Below the pieces are notes generated by a model, which was not told the DNA's origin, ran no database searches, and saw only the letters and a program-made list of their open reading frames with translations. DNA of 64,000 bases from a virus: the IMG/VR virus record IMGVR_UViG_3300020596_000023, positions 1-64,000 of that record. The stretch is one strand, 5' to 3'. The translations under genes were made by a program, and so were the position numbers. The stretch's first letter is position 1. Every line of letters starts with the position of its first letter. Positions 29,101 through 40,100 of this stretch are shown in pieces.

Positions 29101-31154
29101 CTTTCTTGTCTATAACTTAGAAAAATTTGTTCAGCTTCTGGGTATTGTTTTAGATAGTCTAATACCTTATAGTACTCATTAGTAAAAGGACTGTCAAAAT
29201 TGTTTCTGCTAAACTCTTCTGCAAGTATTCTTAACTCGTTTGGATCATTCTCTGATCCAGTCCGTAAAGCTTCGTAATACCTAGACCACAAATCTTTTTG
29301 AATAGAAAATACTTGTGGGTAGTACTCAGTAGTTAAATAAGCTTCTTTGCCTTTCGTAGTTACAAACTCACCAGTTTCTTCATTATAAGCTATTTTAGGT
29401 ACAAGCAACTCATCATACTTGTTAGCTTGATTTAATGTATCTCTTACATTCTTTTCATAATCAATTGTAATAGAATATAATTCTTTATAAACTTCCGTAG
29501 TAGCAGTATCTACAGCATAGTCAGCACGATCAATCATTTCAGAAACAATCTGAATTAAATCATCATTTAAGGCGTTTCTATCTAAGAACATTCGTTCAAA
29601 GAAGGATATGTCATTAGGAGAACTTTGAAGCAGACTTGATACTCTTTCAGCCTCTTCTTGCAATATTCTTTTTCTATTAGACTTTAATCTGCTAGCCACA
29701 AATTTCTTACGGTTTTCGTTGTAAGCGCGTTTTGTAGCATCCTTTTTATCAGCTTCTTTTAATTCCTTTCTATGAGCATTGTCATATTCTAATTGATATT
29801 GGCTTTCGTACTTAGCGCTGATTCTACCTTTACCCTTCTCTATTAATTTTTGAGATAAAAACATTGTACTGATCTTATTAACCTTAGCTTTTACAGATAG
29901 GTTTCTAGCAAGCAAATCAGCCATATAAGACTTGACAGTTTTAAACTTCCTTAAATTTTCATCACCAGCAAATAAATCTTGAAGCTCTTTAGCAAATTCA
30001 GTATCGTCTGACATTAATACTTGAACGTCTTCAAGATTATCAAAGACCCCTACGTATTGATAAAGCCTGTACAAGCTTTCATCCGTAACGCTAGATTCAT
30101 TTAATAAACTTAACTCTAACTTATTTATACGAGTTTCAACCAACCCAATCTGATTAGACATTTCTGCAATAAATCCTAATATTGCATTGACATTATGACT
30201 AGTTTTGTATTGTTCAAATAACTTCCTAAGATTTTCTAAATGAACATAGGAAGTTGAATTAGTCTTTTGAGCTTCTGTTAAGTTTGAAAAATAAATCTTA
30301 ATCTTTTTTTCAATAGAAGTTTTTAGCTTAGCAGTGAGTTCTACTAATGGCTTTAGTATTCCTTTAGCAAATCTCTGATCTAACATTCTTGTTTTTCTAA
30401 CACCTCTCAAAACTTTGACAAGCTCGCTTAAATCAGTATTAGTTAAATATGTATTTAAAAAGTCTTTTGATTCTGTTGGAGTAATGTTAAAAGTCTCTGC
30501 TATGTAATCCACTACTTTATTATAGAATACATCCCATTCAGGTGTATCTCTAAAATCCTCATTAGATAAAGCCAACATTAATAATTCATTATTAAAGTCT
30601 TTAGGACTTATTGAATCATAGACCTTACTCAACAAATCATTTAATGGTGTCTTTTCTGCCAGATTAATGCCAGCTGCTCTTAAATTTTCTGGTAAGATTG
30701 ATAAAGCAATTAAACCAGTACGACTGTTAGATTCAATCTCATTTATGTAATCTAAGTCTATAATAACATCAATACCAATCTCATCAATAGTTCCAATTAA
30801 GCCAGAGTTATTGGGTTTGGTCACAGCTGCTTGAATTGGTTCAATTTTGTTAGTTACTTCAGAAACTTTGACTTTACTAGAAAGACTACTCAATACACCA
30901 AAGACATTTGCTATAGTAATCTTAGAAGTATTTGATTTAGGTCTTACTACATCAGATAGACCTAATTTAACCAATTCAGCCAATTCAACTTCACCATTAG
31001 CATCCAATGGTATGTTTGGATAAGAATCTAAAAAGGCTTGAGATGTACTAACATCCCAAACCTTAGCAGCTATATTAGAACCATAAAGCTTTTTCAGCTT
31101 ATCGTACAATTGACTTGGTTCTCCACTCTTATTAAAAAAGTTACAACTCACCAT
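26199..31154 (-). CDS. large virion cargo/ejection protein
   Basis: 1651 aa, helical, directly downstream of the virion RNAP gene as in crAss-like phages. Confidence 0.7.
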   Translation of the reverse strand: MVSCNFFNKSGEPSQLYDKLKKLYGSNIAAKVWDVSTSQAFLDSYPNIPLDANGEVELAELVKLGLSDVVRPKSNTSKITIANVFGVLSSLSSKVKVSEVTNKIEPIQAAVTKPNNSGLIGTIDEIGIDVIIDLDYINEIESNSRTGLIALSILPENLRAAGINLAEKTPLNDLLSKVYDSISPKDFNNELLMLALSNEDFRDTPEWDVFYNKVVDYIAETFNITPTESKDFLNTYLTNTDLSELVKVLRGVRKTRMLDQRFAKGILKPLVELTAKLKTSIEKKIKIYFSNLTEAQKTNSTSYVHLENLRKLFEQYKTSHNVNAILGFIAEMSNQIGLVETRINKLELSLLNESSVTDESLYRLYQYVGVFDNLEDVQVLMSDDTEFAKELQDLFAGDENLRKFKTVKSYMADLLARNLSVKAKVNKISTMFLSQKLIEKGKGRISAKYESQYQLEYDNAHRKELKEADKKDATKRAYNENRKKFVASRLKSNRKRILQEEAERVSSLLQSSPNDISFFERMFLDRNALNDDLIQIVSEMIDRADYAVDTATTEVYKELYSITIDYEKNVRDTLNQANKYDELLVPKIAYNEETGEFVTTKGKEAYLTTEYYPQVFSIQKDLWSRYYEALRTGSENDPNELRILAEEFSRNNFDSPFTNEYYKVLDYLKQYPEAEQIFLSYRQERAALLRPFKENGKVDILSLPPEVSKLLAGLEAKYNQVFSIYDTDGIRKDGMELEIAIAVSNFKGLFKDMYTRQFKQSEFTAARKAAKQSGKEQEFLDLNTTDVISKVFYKDYYKQINKDVIVKNLNKDYRAKTKLFKDYQTNPNWDSSESDRLLTDVKDSFEAFLNAVNNTTVQSLKDFFRNNVVFEPNKNFRASAKTTVADVIGSNSNNPIPLPVFSILKTNNKQYHKVKPKAKWYDSFLKPEYIKAGKNEFDEVVPTDKWKNPNWSKVQNDPNLKKAYDSYYNIIAESDKFLLEYDRLISGSTRTRVVKLPTVAKQSIYEIVGEQGLFNYVKTKFGRFKRDEATEPGYGSDRTGVTADTSSLAIKQINREVSILTDEKGEPYKRVPVNYRFSAKEGEASLDIPTILALNYQMAKNYSEKSKILFTAELVKVAIAERDVVKTAPSALEGVKSYIDALTGKSIPRPVVSKGKNSNSYKALESFIDDKIYGLSTSSSFKMSQFANAISKYTADVLLVGNYYSAGTNLMTGNIYNFIEAAASRHFDAKDLRKAQVKYYSDTLHIVNDIGKRVSTSKTNLLNEKFTILTDWRAVGSHFLESTRALQFFKGSRLHFMSNMAEHGLQSTAAYAMLNNIKVLDKDKNYLDKEGNATKDVDKAMTLDEAYTVEGNKLIRNPKVVYTSKTGDLTFQNESEEIELYVSRLIKDVNADLQGQYNPNMKAEVQRAWWGQLIMLLRKFAPRGVHRRFRSFGSARVPYDALIEDDKFYSRAQGVYNEGYYTTSIRLLAELYRDAKILKWELLSFQGIGKLNKLRNLKVNKLEDWQRSNLKKTTRDLMTATTLYILGMTAASLKEDEDDEAVKALLVTISFYSIRGFKELTTFINPNEMLSTLRTPSIALTMVNRLIILLTQLGADGYSLATGGDFERYQTGRRRDETKIYKNIEDLAVLLKNMDRDMEEALSWFLNRRSY

Positions 31155-31164
31155 TGTGTTTTAT

Positions 31165-34100
31165 TTAACAGGTAACAGCATCTTCATCATAAGAATCCAA
31201 TCTTGAGCTATCACCAATATCTTCTATATTTCCAGAGTACTGATTCATGTAGCTAAAGAAAGCATTCTGTTCTGGTATTACACTAAATTGCCCAGACTCA
31301 GTTTTAATATAACCATTGCTTAATCTATTCACAGGTGTAAACCAAAATACGTCATCTACTTTGGCAACACTTGTTTGGATTATCTCAGTAGTATTACCAT
31401 CCTTTATAATAAAGGTATAGAAGTTAGGATTAAATCCTAATTCTTTCTTTTTAGCCTTGCTTAGACTGAATGTATTCATACCATTTATATCTCTAAAAGC
31501 ATCTCCTTCTGGTAATGTATTCTTATTGATAAAGTTAATCTTAGAAAGCTTAGGATCTTTCCAACCATTACGACCAGCTAAATCAATTAAACCTTCATAA
31601 GTTATTTCTAGTTCAGTTAATCCAAACTTAGAAGCTTGTTGTAAGCCATCTAACCAACCTCTTGTTAGTAATTCAGTAACAGGTATGTAATTACCAAAGC
31701 TATTACCAGAGAATGCAAAACCTTGAGTTATATAATTATACTTAATTAAATCTTCACCTAAATCTTTCAGAAACTCACTGTTTGAATTAAGTAAAGCTGC
31801 AAAGCTATCAGTTAGATAAGTATCTAAACCATCACTAAGATGAGGCTTATCAAATTTAATTTCATAGAAACTCTTAAGATTAAAATCACCTTCACTAATC
31901 TTTGGTGATAAATGATATAAGATATTAGTTTCTGAAATTGACTCTCTTAACTTGTACTTAATAAACCAGAGTTTATTAGCTGTTGATAACTGCTTAAACT
32001 CATCTATGTCCATTTTAGTATTAGTATTAGGGACAGCTTTTAGAATCCTAGAGATTTCCACATCAGTCATATCGTTTCGCAATAAGCTGAATGAAGCAAC
32101 TTCTACAATTTTCTTGTGGACTTCCGGAGAATACTTTGTTCCGTATGTATTAGCTGCTGTAAGCACCTCACCCTTTAAATCCAAGAAGTACTTATCTAAT
32201 ACCCTCAAATATGCTTCCATGTTGTCTCTATAAGTCTTAATAGACTTATAAGCATCTGTAGTATCCAGTACAGTTCTAACGTCTCTAGCTTCATCACCAT
32301 ACATGGAATATACAGTAGAATCAGAAGCATTTAGACTGTCATAGCTGTCTATGGATTTAAACAATTCAGGAATATTAGTAGCTTTGGTTCTATCAGGTGT
32401 AGTACCATCCATGACTTTTTTATAGTCGTAATTTATCTTAGTTAATCTATTCCAAGTTTTATATAAGCCAAGTTGATACAAGTATTGATTTTCAGCTTTT
32501 TGCAATTCCGCTATACTGGCTTTAGCAAACGACTTAGGTTTTTCATTCTTAAAGTAAAGAATAGAAGCTTCCATTTCTGCACTATTCAAGTCTACTGCCG
32601 GTATATCTTTATAAGCTACGTAAGGAGTATTGGTCAGCTTAGAAATATCTTTTAAAGCTTTCATATAAGCTTTAACAGGATCAACGGCTTTACCATTATA
32701 AATCATGCTATTCTGAGATGCACTGTAAGCTCTCATAATTACAGGTTGAATCAGAAGCAAAGAAGCTTCTTTTAATGGTATGCCTAAAGTGCGCATCAGC
32801 ATATAGTTTGAAGCCGTAGCTAAATTCAGGTTCAATAATGTTCCTTCTTTTACTATATCCAAAACGTTAGCTAAGGTCTTAGCCAATCCGATAGAAATTA
32901 AATCTCCATTAGGATCAGTAAAGTCTTGATTGTTCCAACCAAACTGCTTGTGGTTAATTGTGGCTTTGTTACCTTCAACAGCAACCTGCCCATACTTATC
33001 TTGCAAGTCTTTTAAATCGTATTTAGACAAATCGTAAGAAACCCCGATTAGTTCTGTAGTAGCTAACTTCAATTTCTGTACAATCGGAATCATACTATTA
33101 TAAACTGCTGCAATACCTTTAAGATGTGTACCCATCATGTTAGTAGAACGAAGTTTGTCTTGTGCAGCCAAGCTATTATGATTCTGACCATCCTCTACTA
33201 TATTCAGTAACTTCTTTTGTTCTCTAATAACTACCTTAATTTCTTCCACAGAAGACGGAACAATATGTTCTTCTATTTGAGAAGGATGTTCTATAATAGC
33301 TTTGTAACTGTCAAAGATAAAGTTGTTTAGTTCTTTGTTATCCCAATCTTTAACAGGTTTAGCTAAGTTGTACTTGATTGGATTGTTTTCTTTATCCAAA
33401 TATTGGAAGAGCAAGTATTCGCTATCTACGTCAAAATCATGGCCTGTCTGAGCTACTAATGCTGCTGGCAATACAATAGTGCTACCCACAGCTTCCGGTA
33501 AGAATCCAACTACTTTTAATGACAAAAAGCTATACTTACCTTCAAGAGGCGTTCTATGTCCTAGAATATTTCTAGCTTCTTCTGGTAACTCATTAATGTT
33601 AATCCTCTGACCATTTTCAAAAAACTTGCTAGTCCAAGCGGGTAGTAAACACTCAGTTTCTATATACTTACTTTTACCATCAGAAACTATTGATTGTTTC
33701 AGATTGATTTTACCAGTAGCCTTAATTCGTTCTACGATTTCAGTAGTAAAGCTCGTTGTATCAATACTATCAGTATCAATAAAACTACTAATAAACGAAT
33801 CAGACAATAATGTAGCATGACCACCGGCTATTGGAATCTTAATACCTTTCTGAATAAAAAGACTAATTAGTAAGCTTTGAAACTTATTACTAAAGCTTGG
33901 TATAGCTAAAGAAATAACAAAGTTATCACCAGCTTCATTGATTTTTAATAAGTCCTTATAATGATGCGGAAGATTGTTTTTATTCATGTAATCTTCCAGA
34001 ATTACAGCTACATTTTTAGGATCACTGATAGATTTAATTAATTCATTAGTACCTTTTGTAGATAATTCTGAGAACACTGATTGAATCTTTTCATGCAGTT

Positions 34101-37100
34101 CTTTACCAGTAAATGTGTTACCCTTAATATCAAATTCAACAGCATCAGGTATATTACTGAATAAAACTTTTTTAGCTTGAATTGATAACGGATTCGTGGT
34201 GTCTTTCAAATGTTCTGGAACATCCAATTGTACACCCCATTGCTCATTGTCTAATTCAAGTACATTCAGATTAGCAATAGTAAGTTCGTTAGAACTTAAA
34301 TTTTCTAAGCTTACTGTAGACACCCGTTTGTTGCCAACCTTAACAGCAGATTTGGTATAAATGTGAGATAAGTCTTTAGGGGCAACAGCTAATAATTGTT
34401 CTAATACTGTACCTTTAATTAAACCCGGAATCAATATTTGTACAGATGTTTTAATTTGTACATTCTCCATCGTATTAGTAACACTGTTATAAGATCTATT
34501 AGCATAGTAAGGCTTTAATACCTGAAGTACTTCTTTCAAATACTTATCGTTGTAGTCCCTACCAGCCCTAAGATCAGCTATAAGCTTTTGCATAGTCTTA
34601 CCACGAATACCCCGATCTTGTAAATACTTTTCAAAAAAGTCCAGTGTGATGAAACCTTGCCCATCTGTAGAATTTACAGATAAGTATGGAGACATCTTAT
34701 TATAAACATCTTGTTCTAACGCATTTTTAATTCCTGAACCAAATGCAACAGAATGGTCATAGCTTAAACTTGTATATTTCTTATTAGAGACTTGTAAAGC
34801 TTTAGCTAAGTTAACACTGTTTGGCTCTAGGGTGTCAGGTGTTATTATAACATCTGGCACAACTATATACTTACTACGTTTACCTCGATGCTTAGTTGAA
34901 AGATATTGGGTAGGTGAAATTAATTGCTTAGATCGTTTATTGTGATCTGTTATACTTTTGTATTCAGAATTATTACCATTAAATAAACTAGCAATCTCTT
35001 GTTGAGCTATAAAGTTATTTAGAACAAACTCATAAATCATATCAGATTCATTACTGTAAGAAGATTTCTTAACATCTTCTTTGAGATCACTAGCTATAGC
35101 AGAATAGAGGTTAAAGCTTTGAGCTACTTCAACCTTTACAAAGTTATTTATGAACTTATCCAGCAATCTACGTTTGTTTGGAGATAAAGTAGAAGTATCA
35201 TAAACTCCATTATAAAATATAGACAATGGAAAAGCTAGCTTAGATTCTTCACCTTTAAAAACTAACTGGTCTTTTTCATCCAATCCTATAATATCGCTAA
35301 TCTTTCTAACTTTACCTTTTTCCGTATAAGTCAAAGACAAAGTTTGAAATACTTGACCAGTTGGTAATCCATCAGCATCTATTATAATAGGATTGTTATT
35401 ATCATCTACAGATTTGTAGTGATGATTTACAAGAAGTTGATCTTTGACTTCATCAGATAGAATCGTAGTATCTGCAAATAATAACAGTCTAGCATTATCA
35501 GCTTTTCTTAAATCATGATAGATTATATTTAGTAAAGCATTCTTTAACGGAGTATTATCAATCAATTCCCCATTAACAATTCCATTATATTTAGGAGCTT
35601 TAATTACAGCTTGATTGCTACTATCTGATAAGGTTGGTAAACTGTAATAGCCATAAGCTTTTTCCTTTAAGTATAGAGCAAGCTTAGAAGCAGACCAATC
35701 TAAATCAGTAACACCATCATACATTTTACCTGTAAATGTATCAGCATCGGTAATTCCATTAAACCAATAGAATTTAAAGTTTTTAGCATTATTGTCTTTC
35801 AAATCCATAGTCTTGAAGTCAACAATCGCATTCAACCAGTTACTGTACTTCAAAGCATTGTCTTGTAGATAAGTTTGAACCATATCTACAATAGTATTAT
35901 AAGCGTTCATTTTATTTATAGTACGCTTATTAAATACCTGAGCTAATCTGCTAAAGAATTTATTTATAAACAAAGGCTTCTGCAAAGCATATTGCAAAGT
36001 TCGTTCAGCATTGTAAAAGCTTGGCTCTTTTAGATCTAAAAACACTTCTTCAAAGAATGCAGCAATTTCACCAACTCGTCCTTGCTCATCAAACGTAATC
36101 TTATCATGAATCAGAGTTTGATTAAACAATTCTTCGCCAAGCTTAAATATAGCTGCTCTAATTCTTTCAGCTATTTCAGGTTTAGTTCTAGTCTTAACTT
36201 CACTTTTTTCAAAGTATGTCGTATTACCAACAGCATCCAAAGCTAAATCTAATTGAGGCTTTGTTATAGTAATGCCTAAAGCTCTAAGCATGGATAACAT
36301 ATCTTTCTTAGTAGCAGAATCTACACGATCTTTGCTTTTACTCAAAGCTTGTCTAACTTTAATATTCCATTCACGAAACTTCTGAATCTTAGCAGAAGTA
36401 ATCAAGCTTTTTCCTTTATTGCTATTGTAAGATTCTACTACAACTTTAACAGCATCGGCCATACTATTAGTAAGTCTGTAACTAATAGTAGGAACTCGTA
36501 ATGCTAAAGTTTTATCAGTAGTATGAGTTAATTGAATTGAATTAACTTTAGGCTTATTGAAAGTTGTAAACAACTTCTCTTGGTATTCCTCATCAGTTTT
36601 AAGTCTTTGATAAATTAAAGCAAAGCTTGGATTCAATTTAGCTAACTCTAATATTTTAGACATCATTTCATCGATGTCAATAGAATCTGCTAATTGCGTA
36701 CTAAGACTACTGTAGATTATAGAGAAGTTTTCTACTTCTGGCAATTCCGCTAAGTTGTCTTTACTTGGCACGAAACTGAATATAGGGTTTCCCGAAGCGT
36801 CAAAAGTAAACTTAAACGAACTAATTTTCTCAGTTGTCATTAAGAATCGCTTCAATTCAAAATCAACCGTAGCTTTAGAACTTACTTTAGTCTGAGATGC
36901 ATCATCCCAAAGCTTACTCATTTGTTGTCGGGTTAAAGCCGATGTATCAATATTTTCATCAGAGCTTACATCAACTTTAAGGTTGTTCTTAACATATTCT
37001 ACAACTTTACTCCAATAAGTGTTATCGTTAGAATCTAACAGATTCATCAGATAAGTTGTAGTTTTATAGGCTATAGAATCTTCGTCTTTACCAATTAGAT

Positions 37101-40100
37101 TTTTAGCTAAAGTTAATTTGAACTGGTTTTTCAAAGTAGGAACTTCACCAGATTCAATCATTTCTGGAGTTATAGCAGATTTATATTTATCTCCATAAGC
37201 TTTAATAAATCTCATAGAAATTAATCCACCATATTGAATATATTTAAGTTGTTCGTCTGGCTTGAATATCGCAAAAGCATCTGGCAAAGCTTGACCTGTA
37301 GGAGCTTTAGAGAATCTGAGTATGTCTTGGTTTGGATAATTCATTTTAGCAGAGTTTTTAAAATCACCTCTACTAGCACTTTCAAACAGTAAATCAATAC
37401 GATCAATTTTACCAAAGTAAGTTTGAAGCATTCTATATAATTTCTCAAAAAATGCTTTTACCTTACGAGAGAATCCTTGTGGTTCTTTGCCAACTTGTTT
37501 AGTCAGCATAAAGCCTCTAAACTTCTCAGCTAAAAATTCTTCTACTCTAAGTTTGGAATCTTCTGTCAGTAAATCTTCTTCTAGTCCATATCTTTTATTA
37601 GCTTCTTCTAACAAATTCAATCTATCTGATTCATTCAAATACATATTGAATATAGCATGGAAAGCTTCGTGGTACTCAGTACCAACTATACTATATTTAG
37701 ATAGAGTTACAGCAGCTTTTCTAAATACTCCATAAACTACATCACCATTATCCATTAATTGTTCTGGTAATATTTCAATAGGAATTTCGTCACCTAGTAT
37801 ATTCTGGAAGTTTTCAATTTGAGATTGATTAGACTCAATTAATTCGTCTTTAGTAGAATTAGTAGAAGCTTTGAAGAATAATGCATCTGTGAGCAAATCA
37901 GTTAAATCTGAATCAGTAGAATCTTGAATAGAATTAGGATCAATTGAAGTGATAGCATCAACTTGAGAAAGATCGGAATTAACCGGGCTTTCCTCTTCTA
38001 CCGGCAATGGGTTAAGAACTGTATCACTGACTTTATCTTTCCTAACGTTCTTAGCTTCACTAACTTCCGTCTTACTCTCATCACTCCAAGTTTTTAATAC
38101 AACTCGAGTATTAACATTATCAACGCCATTATTAGCAGCAATCTTACCACCAAATAAAGACAGTATATTACCCTCAGAATCTTCTGTAGTTTTTATATTA
38201 ATTCCAAACCTATCACTATTCAAGATGCTATCATGAAGTTCTTGTTCACGACCATCTTCCAAATATAAGTTGTACCTTTTTCCAGACAGTACATCTTTAA
38301 GAGTGTCAGAAAATACTTCTCTATTAGCGTCATTTAGAACTAATATGTCTTTACCATTTATAGGAATCTTATTTCCAACATTGCTGTTATATTCCTCATA
38401 AGATTCGTACTTAGTTTTCTTACCAGTCCAAACCCTTTTAGTTAATCTGATCTCATCATTAGGAGCTACATAGATTGTGTACAACTCTGTATAATCTCCA
38501 TTTAATATTTCTATTCGACCTTTACTATTAGCATTTGGACCATGAACTAAAAACGTAGGAGCATATAGGTTATCTTTGGCATCTCGAACATTTGATCTAA
38601 ACAGAGTTATCCTATTAATAGCTTTTTTTATCTCAATCATTGAATCATCTTTAAAAGGACTTAACCCAGTCTTTAATCCTTTTATAAGTTGATTTAGTAA
38701 TTTAATAACGTCTGTAATTGACTCAGAATCTAATTTGTTACCGCTTATATATAATGGTATAGCAGTTTGAGTATCGTCATAGTCGGTAAAATCTATTGAC
38801 AAATTGGGGCTAGCTGGAACTAATACAAAAACATTACTTGAACTGTACAACATATCTTCATTGTACGTGGCACTAATGGACTTAGTGTCGTAGGCTTGAC
38901 CCTCACCGATGAGTGGGGATAATGTAGAGCTTACAACAGAACCGCCATCTTCGGGAATGTGGTACAGCCGTACAGACATAGCTTTGGCAATCCTGGACAA
39001 TAGAGAAAGCTGATTATTCCCAGTTTTTTTCCTTGCACCAGCAGATACTTTCTTTAATAAAATTTTACTATTTTTGTTTTTAGCAAAAGCAGTTCTAATT
39101 TTTACAGTCTCTAATAAGTTAACTCTACGAGCTAACGCAGCGTTTGAATTACCATCGGATTCAAGTCTGTTTATTTCTTTCTCAATAGAACTAACTCTAT
39201 TGATATAACCAATCAAAACATTTTTATAATAAACACCTATTGGAGCTTCGTTAGGGTCAGTTGATTTGAAGTTATCTTCGACTTCGGGTATTTTCAAATC
39301 AAGCTCAACTTGACCATCTTTTTTAATAATCTCTCTAAGCTCGTTAAGAGCTTTTACAGTTTTAGCATCGTTATCAGATATAACGATAGTTGTATCAGTC
39401 TCAGATACTATATCTGGATTGACTATACTATGCAAGTAAATACTTGCAAATTGGCTTTCATCTGATCTTTCCTGAGCTATTGAATCTTGTTCAGTTATAG
39501 CTTTGATAGGTTCTTGTTCTGTATTAGTATCAGTATTGTAAACTGGAACAAGTTCAGCAACTGTGTTTACTGTATCTAACTCTAATACAATCTCATCTGG
39601 AATATTATCTACAACTGGAACTTCCAGATTAATTGATTCATGTTCAGAGTTTAATTCAGTTGCAATAATTTCTCCAACTGTTGTAGTTGTTTCAGACTCT
39701 ATGACTTGTTGTACAATAGCAGAATTATCTTGAGTATCTTCAGATAACTCCTGAACAGTTAGTTCAAGTTGTACAGCAGATTTAACTGATTTAGTAGCTC
39801 TGGATTTTCTGGTTTTTTTAAAATTAGATTTAACGGATTTGGTAGCTCTGGATTTTCTGGTTTTTTTAGGATTAGCTATAACAGAGTTAAGATCAATTAT
39901 AATAGCTTGATTTTCTTCAATTGGTTTAATTAGTTCAATTGATTTATTTGCTTCATCAGAAACAATAGTTTCATCAGAAGCAATAGTTTCATCAGAAGCA
40001 ATAGTTTCAGAATCAGTAATAGTACTAATAATGTCATTTTCTAAATCAGTAGTATCAGCAATAGAACTCAAACTATCTTCTTCTGGATCAACTAACGTAA

